Assembly: GCF_006345805.1 (NCBI RefSeq)
Contig: NC_043004.1
Location: forward strand, 71,796,001-71,860,000
From: Octopus sinensis
Taxonomy: Eukaryota
Direction of reading: 5' to 3'
Length of the DNA: 64,000 nucleotides
A program made the position numbers and the translations under genes. Every line of letters begins with the position of its first letter. The first letter of the stretch is position 1. The notes beneath the pieces are model-generated. The model saw nothing but the letters and a program-made list of their open reading frames with translations. It searched no databases and was not told the DNA's origin. Below are positions 39,775 to 51,154 of the stretch, piece by piece.

Positions 39775-40099
39775 CCGTTTCATCAAGCAACATATATGAG
39801 GAGCAGTCGCAATCATAATCTTCAAGTTCATTCTTATAAAACGTACGATACATGTGACATGTGCCATTACAATAGGTGAAATAGCCGCAATCGTACTGTG
39901 ATAAACACAGAATTGCACACTGTATACGAGATGCCACGTTCTCAGTTATATTATATTCGCCTTTTAAGCATTTTGATTTAGTAATTCTTTTGAAATTACT
40001 CTCTTTAAATGTTGCTTTGCAAATTATGGGAGCGCCGACAAATAGAAAAAAAGCTAGCATCAATTTGAGAAACAAATGATAATCAGTTGACGTTGCCAT
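39775..40099 (-). CDS. Coding exon 1: signal peptide plus PAN/apple-like domain
   Basis: tatttttcag acceptor 2 nt before ATG; hydrophobic LFLKLMLAFFLFVGAPIICKA; Cys pattern C..SRIQCAILC....CGYFTY...C..Y...CDC; G|GTAGGT phase 1 donor. Confidence 0.8.
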
Positions 40100-40120
40100 T
40101 CCTGAAAAATATACGGATAT

Positions 40121-40194
<74 letters not shown>

Positions 40195-40545
40195 GATCAG
40201 TAAATATAAAGACTTGCTAATAGAAATTGAAAAATGTGTCATCTCAAGGCGGCTACAGTACCAGTGATGTAGGATCTCTAGGAATGATAAAAAAAGGTAC
40301 TGAAACCTATTTGAAAATGATACCATCTCTATAGGAAGTGCAAAAAATCGTGTTAACTGGAACGGCTCATGTACTGAGAAGAGCATTATCGCTGTGAAAA
40401 CAACATCCATTCATGAATTTATTTATTTATTAAATACATATTTACCTGTGAATTTCGTGTGTAATCTGGGAATGCATACAATAAGATTCTCTGCCCAAGG
40501 TGTACGGAAAACACTCGGCGAGAAACGGAAGATAGTTTGAAGGAA
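40195..40545 (+). mobile_element. R4/Dong-like LINE 3' end (family B)
   Basis: KYKDLLIEIEK...VQKIVLTGTAHVLRRALS; 3' UTR cccaaggtgtacggaaaacactcgg; in TAA tracts. Confidence 0.85.
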
Positions 40546-40550
40546 TAATG

Positions 40551-40618
<68 letters not shown>

Positions 40619-40619
<1 letters not shown>

Positions 40620-41172
40620 CCCTGATGCAGTACCAGGCAGTGGCTCTCATGGCTTCTGATCTTAACTGATTGGAAGTGTTATCATGTACATTGTTTTGTC
40701 TTGGTATAAAAGATGGGCTACAGCAAATATTCTGCTCTATACCACAGATTTGCTTGTCAGTTGTTTGACCTTAACCAGTTGAGCATGTCCCTTAGTGGCT
40801 GACGATATGTGCATCTCTGATCATGAGCAGAAGTAGTGGGGGAGCATCATAGCCATGTGTTGAGAAGGATTCCTTGGGGTTTGAATAATTCACCTCTGGA
40901 AACATGGGTGTTTCGTTCAACGTCCTTAAACAACCCTTATTCAGGAACCTTTTGAGCGGGATGGGTTACTCGATCTGAAGAAAATTCTAACTGGGCTCCA
41001 CCTGCAAGGTCATGTGCTGTTTATCTTGATATGAGATCACCATGTCGCGCACATATGGTTGTGATGCATGTGCCTGGTGTACCCTTATCAGACGGGTAGT
41101 CATGATGGGTATACTGGGCTTCGTATATTTTACCCCAGTGTCACTTTGATGGCATGCTCTGCTCGCTCACTC
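40619..41172 (+). mobile_element. ~555-bp (TAA)n-embedded element, copy 2 (complete)
   Basis: aat|gccctgatgcagtacc ... gctcactc|aataat. Confidence 0.88.
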
Positions 41173-41207
<35 letters not shown>

Positions 41208-41210
<3 letters not shown>

Positions 41211-41920
41211 GATTGAAACTATAGACCACCTAATCTCAGGGTGTAGAGTCTTAGCACCTGTAGAATATAAAGCAAGACATGACAGAGTCGGCTATTATTT
41301 ACACTGGACAATATGTCGGCATTATAAAATCAAAACCGCTGACAAATGGTATAAACACCATCCTGAAGTTTTGACTGAGAGAGAAAATGTGTCGATTCTA
41401 TGGGACTTTCCCGTACATGCCGACAAAACAATAAAAGCTAATAAACCGGATATTATTATAAAAGAACAGACAAAAAAGATGTGTTTATTAATTGACATGA
41501 GTATTCCTTGCGATCACAATATAGCGCGCGAAAGAATTTGACAAGATTACTAAATATAAAGACTTGCTAATAGAAATTGAAAAAATGTGTCATCTCAAGG
41601 CGACTACAGTACCAGTGATTATAGGATCTCTAGCAATGACAAAAAAAAGAGGTACTGAAACCTATTTGAAAATGATACCAGGTTTACCATCCCTACAGGA
41701 AGTGCAAAAAATCGTATTAACTGGAACGGCTCATGTACTGAGAAGAGCATTATCGCTTTGAAAACAACATCCAATCCTGAATTTATTTATTTATTAATTT
41801 TTTAATACATATTATACCTGTGAATTTGCGCGTGTAACCTGGGAATGCTACAATAAGATTCTCTACCCAAGGTGTACGGAAAACACTCGGCGAGAAACGG
41901 AAAAAAATTTGAAGAAAGAA
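41208..41920 (+). mobile_element. R4/Dong-like LINE 3' part (family B) with RLE domain
   Basis: ETIDHLISGC..LA..EYKARHD, ILWDF, NKPDIII...CLLIDMSIP (PD-D/ExK-type). Confidence 0.88.
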
Positions 41921-41934
41921 TAATGATAATAATG

Positions 41935-41996
<62 letters not shown>

Positions 41997-42016
41997 AAGA
42001 AGAAGAAGAAGAAGAA

Positions 42017-42531
42017 GATCTTAACTGATTGGAAGTGTTATCATGTACATTGTTTTGTCTTGGTATAAAAGATGGGCTACAGCAAATATTCTGCTCAATA
42101 CCACAGATTTGCTTGTCAGTTGTTTGACCTTAACCAGTTGAGCATGTCCCTTAGTGGCTGACGATATGTGCATCTCTGATCACGAGCAGAAGTAGTGGGG
42201 GAGCATCATAGCCATGTGTTGAGAAGGATTCCTTGGGGTTTGAATAATTCACCTCTGGAAACATGGGTGTTTCGTTCAACGTCCTTAAAAAACCCTTATT
42301 CAGGGACCTTTTGAGCGGGATGGGTTACTCGATCTGAAGAAAATTCTAACTGGGCTCCACCTGCAAGATCATGTGCTGTTTATCTTGATATGAGATCACC
42401 ATGTCGCGCACATATGGTTGTGATGCATGTGCCTGGTGTACCCTTATCAGACGGGTAGTCATGATGGGTATACTGGGCTTCGTATATTTTACCCCAGTGT
42501 CACTTTGATGGCATGCTCTGCTCGCTCACTC
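42017..42531 (+). mobile_element. ~555-bp element, copy 3 (first ~38 nt missing)
   Basis: Near-identical to copy 2, including shared variants. Confidence 0.88.
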
Positions 42532-42584
<53 letters not shown>

Positions 42585-42692
42585 TAATAATAATGATGAT
42601 GTTGATGATGATGATGACAATGATGATGATAAAAAATACTACTAATAATAATAAAATATATAATGATAAAGTAATAAAAATACTACTACTAC

Positions 42693-42739
<47 letters not shown>

Positions 42740-42934
42740 GCAATAATAATAAAGCAAGGAAAACTGATACAAATAGCGCAAAGCACGAGTAAAACAGTAA
42801 ACTGTTCTAAGTATTTAAAGAAGCTGACGAAGAAGAAGAAGGAGGGGGAGGAAGAGAAGAAGGAGGAGGAAGAGAAGAAGAAGAAGAAGAAGAAGAAGAA
42901 GAAGAAGAAGAAGAAGAAGAAGAAGAAGAAGAAA

Positions 42935-43860
42935 CAACAAAAGCTATAAAACAAATGAAATCCAAAATAAAACTAGAACAGCAACGAACCATGATAAAAC
43001 GATGCCAAGAAAAGCCCCTTCATGGCGAATACTGGACTAAGCTAAATGCAAAAGAAATAGACAAAGAAAAATCCCAGCAATGGTTGAGAATCTCAGGACT
43101 CAAAGCAGAGACGGAGGGATTTGTAATTGCAGCACAAGACCAAAGCCTCACCACCAGAAATTACCAAAAATATATAATGAAAAGAAAACATGCCAAGTAA
43201 CTGCAGAATACGTGGATATGGACAAGAAACAATAAATCATATTATCTCTGGCTGCCCAGTCCTGGCTCAAAAGGAATATATTCACAGACACGACAGAGTT
43301 CGGACCTACATACACTGGAAGCTATGCCAACATTATGGAATAACAACAGAAAAAAAATGGTATAGGCATACACCAGAAAAGGTCACGGAAAACGAGAAAG
43401 CAACCATACTCTGGGATATGCCAATACAAACAGATAGAGAAATTAAGGCTAAGAGACCAGATACAGTTGTCAGAGATCATAAAGAAAAAAATGCTTTCTA
43501 ATTGATGTATCAATACAAGTAGATGACAACGTCTCTAAAAGAAATGGAGAAACTTTCATAATACAAAGACCCGGAAATAGAGGTAACTAGAATGTGGAAT
43601 CTAAAAACAGAAACAGTCCCCATCATAGTAGGCGCATTAGGTATGATAAAAAATATTCAGACAAATACATAACAAAACACCAGGACTTACAAACACATAT
43701 AACATACAGAAAATTGCACTACTAGGTACTGCACACATCCTACGCAGAACACTTTCCATACAATAACCATCAGAGCATCACAATAAATCACAGCACATAC
43801 CCAAGGCACACAGAGCTGCGCTCGGTAGTGAAGTGAAAGCACGCTATAAAAATAAAACTA

Positions 43861-43865
<5 letters not shown>
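42935..43865 (+). mobile_element. R4/Dong-like LINE 3' part (family A) with RLE domain and 3' UTR
   Basis: WLRISGLKAETEGFVIAAQDQ, ETINHIISGCP, RHD, KRPDTVVRD, LGTAHILRRTLS; ends ..aaagcacgctataaaaataaaactactg(aat)n. Confidence 0.9.
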
Positions 43866-43909
<44 letters not shown>

Positions 43910-43939
43910 GTAATAATAATAATAGTAATAATAATAATA

Positions 43940-44330
43940 AAGGGCTGCCATTTTGGGTGAGGGGATGTATAGACTATATGGCTCCAGTGTTTCACTGGCA
44001 CTTAATTTATTGATCTCAAACGGATGAAAGGCAAACTAAATCGTCGTGGAATTTGAAATTAGAACGTAGCAGCGAGCGAATTATCGCTAAGCATTTCGCC
44101 CGGAATGCTAACGATTCTGCCAGCTCGCCGTCTTAATAATAACAATAATCCTTTCTACCACAGCCATAAGGCCCGATATTTGTGGGAGGGGGTGTTTGAT
44201 TATATCGACCCCAGTACTCAACGGTTACTTAATTTTTCGACCCCGAAACGAAGAAAGACAAAGAATTTGAACTCAGAATGTAGCGACGGGAGAAATAGCG
44301 CGCTAATGATTCTGCTAGCTCACCGCCTTA
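43940..44330 (-). mobile_element. Two degenerate SINE family A copies
   Basis: gaatttgaaattagaacgtag, gaatttgaactcagaatgtag, ctgccagctcgccgtc / ctgctagctcaccgcc heads. Confidence 0.65.
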
Positions 44331-44342
44331 ATAATAATAATA

Positions 44343-44412
<70 letters not shown>

Positions 44413-44467
44413 AAGAAGAAGAAGAAGAAGAAGAAGAAGAAGAAGAAGAAGAAGAAGAAGAAGAAAT

Positions 44468-45010
44468 GCCCTGATGTAGCACCAGGCAGTGGCTCTCCTG
44501 GCTTCTGACTGGCAGTGTTATCACGTACACTGTTTTGTCTCGATATAAAAGATGGGCTACAGCAAATATTCTGCTCAATACCACAGATTTGCCTGTCCGT
44601 TGTTGGACCTTAGCCAATTGACCATGTCCCTTAGTAGCTAACGATATGTGAATCTCTGATCATGAGCAGAAGTACTGGGGGAGCATCATAGCCGTGTGTT
44701 GAAAGAATTCTTAGAGGTTTGGATAATTCACCTTTGAAAACATGGGTTGTTCGTTCAACATCCTTAAACAATCCTTATTCAGGGACCTTTTGAGCGTGAT
44801 GGGTTACTCGACCAGAGGAAAATTCTAACTGGGCCCGACCTGCAAGGTCATGTGCTGTTTATCTTGATACGAGATCACCATGTCGCGCACATATGGTTGT
44901 GATGCATATGCCTGGTGTACCCTTATCAGACGGGTAGTCATGATGAGTATACTGGACTTCGTATATTTTACCCCAGTGTCACTTTGATAGCATGCTCTGC
45001 TCTCTCACTT
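44468..45010 (+). mobile_element. ~555-bp element, copy 4
   Basis: gccctgatgtagcacc ... ctctctcactt|aataat; more diverged. Confidence 0.85.
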
Positions 45011-45367
45011 AATAATAATAATAAAATAACCATTGGATAGAATTTATAAGCATTTAATGCATCACTATGCGCGATTCCACCAAGCACACGTCTCTGAAGA
45101 TCACAGTTCGTATTCCTAGAATGGTTATAGTGCAGTTGCTTAAACTTCACACAAGTAAAAAGAATAAATACCCTCTGTTGTACAGCCATTACTGTGATAT
45201 CGTACGAAGAAATGAATCAATGAAGATGATCAACGCGATACTCACGGATACTACGGTCTGCATTGTAATCATTCCGGGAATACAGACTATGATCTTAGGA
45301 GACATGTGGTTTGTGGAAACATGCGTAGCAAGGGATTAAGATATTTATAAATTCCACCCAAGTGTTA

Positions 45368-45399
<32 letters not shown>

Positions 45400-45953
45400 G
45401 AGTGAGAGAGCAGTTCATGCCATCAAAGTGACACTGGGGTAAAATATACGAAGCCCAATATACCCATCATGACTACCCGTCTGATAAGGGTACACCAGGC
45501 ACATGCATCACAATCATATGTGCGCGACATGGTGATCTCATATCAAGATAAACAGCACATGACCTTGCAGGTGGAGCCCCGTTAGAATTTTCTTCAGGTT
45601 GAGTAGCCCATCCCGCTCAAAAGGTCCCTGAATAAGGGTTGTTTAAGGATGTTGAAAGAACCACCCATGTTTCCAGAGGTGAATTATTCAAACCCCAAAG
45701 AATTCCTCTCAACACATGGCTATGATGCTCCCCCACTACTTCTGCTCGTGATCAGAGATGCACATAACGTCAGCCACTAAGGGACATGGTCAACTGGTTA
45801 AGGTCAAACAACTGACAAGCAAATCTGTGGTATAGAGCAGAATATTTGCTGTAGCCCATCTTTTATACCAAGACAAAAACAATATGCATGATAACACTTC
45901 CAATCAGTTAAGATCAGAAGCCATGAGAGCCACTGCTGGTACTGCATCAGGGC
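45400..45953 (-). mobile_element. ~555-bp element, copy 5
   Basis: Reverse complement, flanked by ATT tracts on both sides. Confidence 0.88.
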
Positions 45954-45988
<35 letters not shown>

Positions 45989-46112
45989 TTATCCTACATT
46001 ATATCGACACCTGTCGATGTAACCCATTAAACTGTGGGCAACATAGAAGCTTTATTTGAATATTCAATACATTTCCCGTAAAAAATTTAAAAAGTATAAA
46101 TATATGGGTGAG

Positions 46113-46143
<31 letters not shown>

Positions 46144-46619
46144 TGTGTGTGTGTGCGTGTGCATGGTCTATTTATGTATATGTGCGTGTATACTTCAACA
46201 TATATACGTTTACGGTATGTGATGTATATAAAATCTATATAAGTTTGGATTAAATATTTGTTTGTTTAGTTACCTAACTAATTAGTCCACCTAATAAATA
46301 GTGGTTTTGTATGATTTATTTATCGTAGATAAATAATCATGAATTACTTCCCTTCGCTCAATATGTTTAAAAAAATATAAATTAAGAGTAACACTAAATA
46401 ACTATTAAATATATCGGTTAATAGATATTCAAATGAATAGAGAGATACTTTTGTAGAATTAATTAATAAATTGTTGGATAATTAAGTGATAATAAAATAT
46501 TATATGGATTTATACAGTATACACATACAGAAAAAATAACCAGGTACCGAAAAAATATCTACGATAAATATGGTTTTAAGCATAAATGATAAGTGAAAAT
46601 TTGGTCTGATATAATAAAT

Positions 46620-47265
46620 TTTATAAGTATTTATAACGGTAATGAATGGGTTCCCGACAAAAATGTCAAGAACCGAAGACAGCGGGTTGGGAAAGGAGAA
46701 ACATCGGCATCCAGGCTCAAGGTCTTCACCCACGTAAGGTGTTGTCATCGATTTGGTGAGAGATTGAGTTCACTTTGAACTTTTAAACCCAAACCAAACG
46801 ATAACAAATGAGATCTACTGCAAGGAGCTTGAGTGTCTTAAGTCAGTGCTAGAAGAAAAACGACCATCTTTGGTTTCGAGACGAAAGGTCTCCTTCCATC
46901 AGGATAAATCTCGACCATATACGAGGATGACATTCTAAGGGCTGGAACAGTTAGAATGGGAAACGATACCCCACACGCCATATTCCTCGAATAATGCCCC
47001 CTCTGATTATCATTTATTCCAGTCTTCAAAATCATTTCGATGATTTCTGTAGACGAGGTCAGAACAGTACTGGAGGAGTATTTTTCGTCACGGACAAGGG
47101 AATCTTGGAAGAGATGACTTGCAACTCTACAAGACAACTGGGAGAGCATTGTAGAAAATGAAGGAGAGTATATTTTAAATAAAATAAACGAAAAACATTG
47201 TTTATCTTAATTTTGAAAAATAAAAGAAGTCAAACAAAACGCGTTATCTAACGGATGACACAATA
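46620..47265 (+). mobile_element. mariner 3' half, degraded (same family as 5694-6895)
   Basis: HPRKVLSSIW, FHQDKSRP, PHTPYSSNNAPSDYHLF; 3' TIR aacgcgttatctaacggatgacacaata. Confidence 0.75.
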
Positions 47266-47279
47266 TAGTTGGTTGGGAA

Positions 47280-47680
47280 GGCGGCGAGCTGGCAGAATCG
47301 TTAGCACACCGGGCGAAATGTTTAGCGCTATTTCGTCTGCCACTAAGTTCTGTGTTTAAATTCCGCCTAGGTCGACTTTACCTGTCAACCTTTCGGGATC
47401 GATTAAATAAATACCAGTTACGCACTGGGGTCGATATAATCGACTTAATCCGTTTGTCTATCCTTGTTTGTCCCTTTTGTGTTTATCCCCTTGTGGGTAG
47501 TAAATAAATAGGTATTTCGTCTGTCATTACGTTCTGAGTTCAAATTCCACCGAGGTCGACTTTGCCTTTCATTCTTTCGGGGTCGATAAATTAAGTACCA
47601 GTTGCGTACTAGGATCGATCTAATCGACTGGCCCCCAATCCCCAAAAATTTCGGGCCGTGTGTCTAGAGCAGAAAGGAAT
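47280..47680 (+). mobile_element. SINE family A, complete dimeric form
   Basis: Head, Tx1-like tail segment (47455-47510), second B-box unit and tail tttcgggccgtgtgtctagagcagaaaggaata. Confidence 0.88.
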
Positions 47681-47929
47681 ATAATTGATTGGGTAGACTT
47701 ACTGTATATTGCTTGAGGATATATTTTCTCTTTATTCAGTCATTTGACTGAGACCATTCCGTAGCAGCGCCTTTGAAAGTTTTAGTCGAATAAAACGGCC
47801 GAAAAACTTTTTAAAATATAGTATTTAGTCTATCCGTCTCTTTTGCTGAGTCACTAGCTTAGTGTGACGTAAACACACCCATACCAGTTGTCAAGCGGTG
47901 GTGGGTACCAACACAGACACAAAGAGATA

Positions 47930-47995
<66 letters not shown>

Positions 47996-47999
47996 TTAC

Positions 48000-48410
48000 A
48001 GGCGCAGGAGTGGCTGTGTGGTAAGTGGCTTGCTAAGCAACCACATCGTTCCGGGTTCAGTCCCATTGCATGGCATCTTGGGCAAGTGTCTTCTGCTATA
48101 GCCCCAGACCGACCAATGCCTTGTGAGTGGATTTGGTAGACGGAAACTGAAAGAAGCCTGTCGTATATATGTATATATATATATATGTGTGTGTATGTGT
48201 TTGTGTGTCTGTGTTTGTTCCCCTAGCATTGCTTGACAACCGATGCTGGTGTGTTTACATCCCCGTCACTTAGCGATTCGGCAAAAGAGACCGATAGAAT
48301 AAGTACTGGGCTTACAAAGAATAAGTCCCGGAGTCGATTTGCTCGACTAAAGGCGGTGCTCCAGCATGGCCGCAGTCAAATGACTGAAACAAGTAAAAGA
48401 GTAAAAGAGT
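48000..48410 (+). mobile_element. SINE family B, complete
   Basis: Homologous to 15871-16240. Confidence 0.88.
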
Positions 48411-48424
48411 ATATATACCTACAA

Positions 48425-48580
48425 TTGGCGGGCTTCTAACAGTTCCGTCAACCTAATCCACTCACGTAGCTTTGTTCCACCCGAGGCTATAGCCGAAGGC
48501 ACTTGTGCAGGGTGCCACGCAGTGGGACTGAACCCGAAATCATGTGGTTGGGAAGCAAACGTCTTAACACACTGCCACGC
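48425..48580 (-). mobile_element. SINE family B head, partial
   Basis: gtgccacgcagtgggactgaacccgaaatcatgtggttggg is the reverse complement of the family B head. Confidence 0.7.
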
Positions 48581-49249
48581 TTTTATTATAATCTCGTTTA
48601 ATATGAAAGGTAAAGTCGAATACAGACTAAATATTAGCATTTAGTTTGAGATACTAAGTGATTGCCTCATCTAGTAAACCTTTTCCTAAATAATAATGAT
48701 TTCTAACATAAACTGAAACGAGGCAGGAGAGAGACAAAAAGAAAAGCAAAACTTTCCACTATAGGATTTGAAACCAGAATTTAAATGTACGTAACTGAAT
48801 ATTAAATATACTTTATAAATGGAACCATGACTTCTTCGAACCCACCATCCTTCCTTCCGCGATCTATGGATATGGGATATGAGAATAATAAAATCAAACG
48901 TAATGAAAGTACATATCACTTACAGTATTTTTCAACACAGATTTATAGAAACTATTGCGGTTACTATCACTCATTTAATTACTAATAAAATGAATTCACT
49001 TACCTTTAAGATTTCTTGAAATTTGATCAACCAGAAGTGTCCTACAGGAAACAAATCTTCTGCGTTTTCCAGTTTCGATAAACAAGATTAGTTTTTCTAT
49101 CTTTTAATTCTGACGATTCAGGAAATCAGACGACGGATTAAAACACAATATCGTCAGATGTTTTCCAACGTTTTAAAGATAGGTGAGCAACTCGAACTTA
49201 CTTCCCCTCTAACTCTAGATACTGTCGTCAGACTATTTCAGCTTTCTTC

Positions 49250-50300
49250 AACACGTTCTTAAACTTGCGGTCGTATGCTGCTGTATTTTTTCTCTCCAGA
49301 ATGCTTTGATATCAGTTTTAAGATAAGTTTCCTTTTCCAGTCTGTTTCCACTTCTATCCACCGACCTACGCAATTAAACTACTTGACACAGGTTACATAC
49401 ATTTATGCGCTCGGTGAACAAAAGAGCTATACTTTAACGTTGTGTTGTATTGATGGTTTTCAATTTGTTTAATTTTTAATTTTGCTCTAGACAAATTATG
49501 ATCAATGACATCGATAACACACAAGAGGTTGAGAATTGATTGGGGAAGGCCATGGCATGTTTTATATTTTCGTTCGAATAAAATATTGATAATCAACCCC
49601 CCCCCCCCGAGAAAGGCATGGATGCCACAAATTCTCATGTTAATTAGCGAACAAACATCTGTAGAGCATTTATTGTAATCCTGCATTGTGCGTTCGGATA
49701 TGGCCGAGATCACATAATTTAGCTTCGATGTTTTTATCCATATCGATCTATCCTGCAAACTTTAATCGTATTACTAGTTAAATATAGAGGAAACAGAAAT
49801 TGCAGAATTAAAATTCTAAAAGGTTTTCTGAAATAACGTACAAAGGGTAGATTAGATGGGGGTACAACCTGAATATTAGGAGGGGTGTCAGTGTAACAGA
49901 AGATACAGAGCTTGAAGGCTTAGCAGTCTAGTGTTCTTGTGTATCCATAGATTTCCATGAGTCTTGGTTGAGGAGTCGTTGAGTAGCTATTTTATCAAAG
50001 AAATTGTAGCCGTTATTATCTTCCTTGGGACAGTGTTCAATGGAGACCACATTTGTATAATGTGTTCATCTAAAAGGGTGAAATATGATAATATAAATAT
50101 TGGAGGTAATTTCTAATAGTTTCAGAAACTGCTAAGAGGTTAGGCTCTCTCATAGATATCAACATACACAACGTAGCGTCTACAAATGTTATTTCAAGAC
50201 TGAAACTGCACTCGTAATTAGTACAAAAAAACCTTTAGCGTTAATATCAATTTCTTAGCGATACAGATAAGAGAGGAATCTCCGAAATAATACATTAAAA
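49250..50300 (-). mobile_element. Possible highly degraded Penelope-like RT
   Basis: Weak remnants only (FIDVI...QYNTTLKYSSFVHRAHKC resembling a PLE thumb region). Confidence 0.3.
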
Positions 50301-51106
50301 CATGTAATCAGGTATGTTTCTGTATTATCAAATCTCTTTAATAAAGCATAGTCAGCACAAGCGCATTAACTATTGTGCTTTGCTCATGTATTATGAAAGC
50401 CTATATTTAACAACGTGGGGTTTATGAAGAATACTCGTATACCTATTAGAAATTTTCCAGTGATATCTCTATATATTCTGTGTATTTGAGGTATACCATC
50501 TCAGATATTACGGTCAATTCTGCAACTTGTAAGAATTTTGATCTGATATCTTTTGGATTTCTATATTTAAGCGTGTTTGGAAAAGAACTTCCAGTTATTG
50601 TAAAGCAAAGATTATGTGATTATGACAAAACTGTATTCATTTTAAAGACTAACTTTAATGATAGTTGTAGTTGTTAAGCTCCAAAGAATGCTGAAAGCAT
50701 ATTTTCAACAGCATAAGTTTATGTGTCCTAAGGTGGGATTTAAAAGCTAAAAGTATTTGCTGATCGAACGACCACTGGGTGACACACGCTGTTGTACTTC
50801 AGGTATAATAATTGATAATTCCTTGCGTATTATCGCTGTTTGATTAAGATTATGATGTGCAGCTTTAACGGGAAAATGTTTCGGAGAACATTCTTAACCA
50901 TATTTTATGGCCATGCTTTGTCTATCGAGGTAAACATTGTAAATTATTGGAGTTTGGTTCGTCTGAGTAAGAAAGATTTTCTATTGAAAATTGCAGTTGC
51001 ATTAGCATGGTGAGTGACTGCTGTTGTAAATGTGTATATTTACACACTTACCCCACCTACCCCACACATATACGCGCACGCACACTCACACACACACACA
51101 CACACT

Positions 51107-51154
<48 letters not shown>

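Noticed and set aside
40619-40700. HDV-like ribozyme at the 5' end of the 555-bp element
   Set aside because: No P1 complement or nested pseudoknot could be found by eye.
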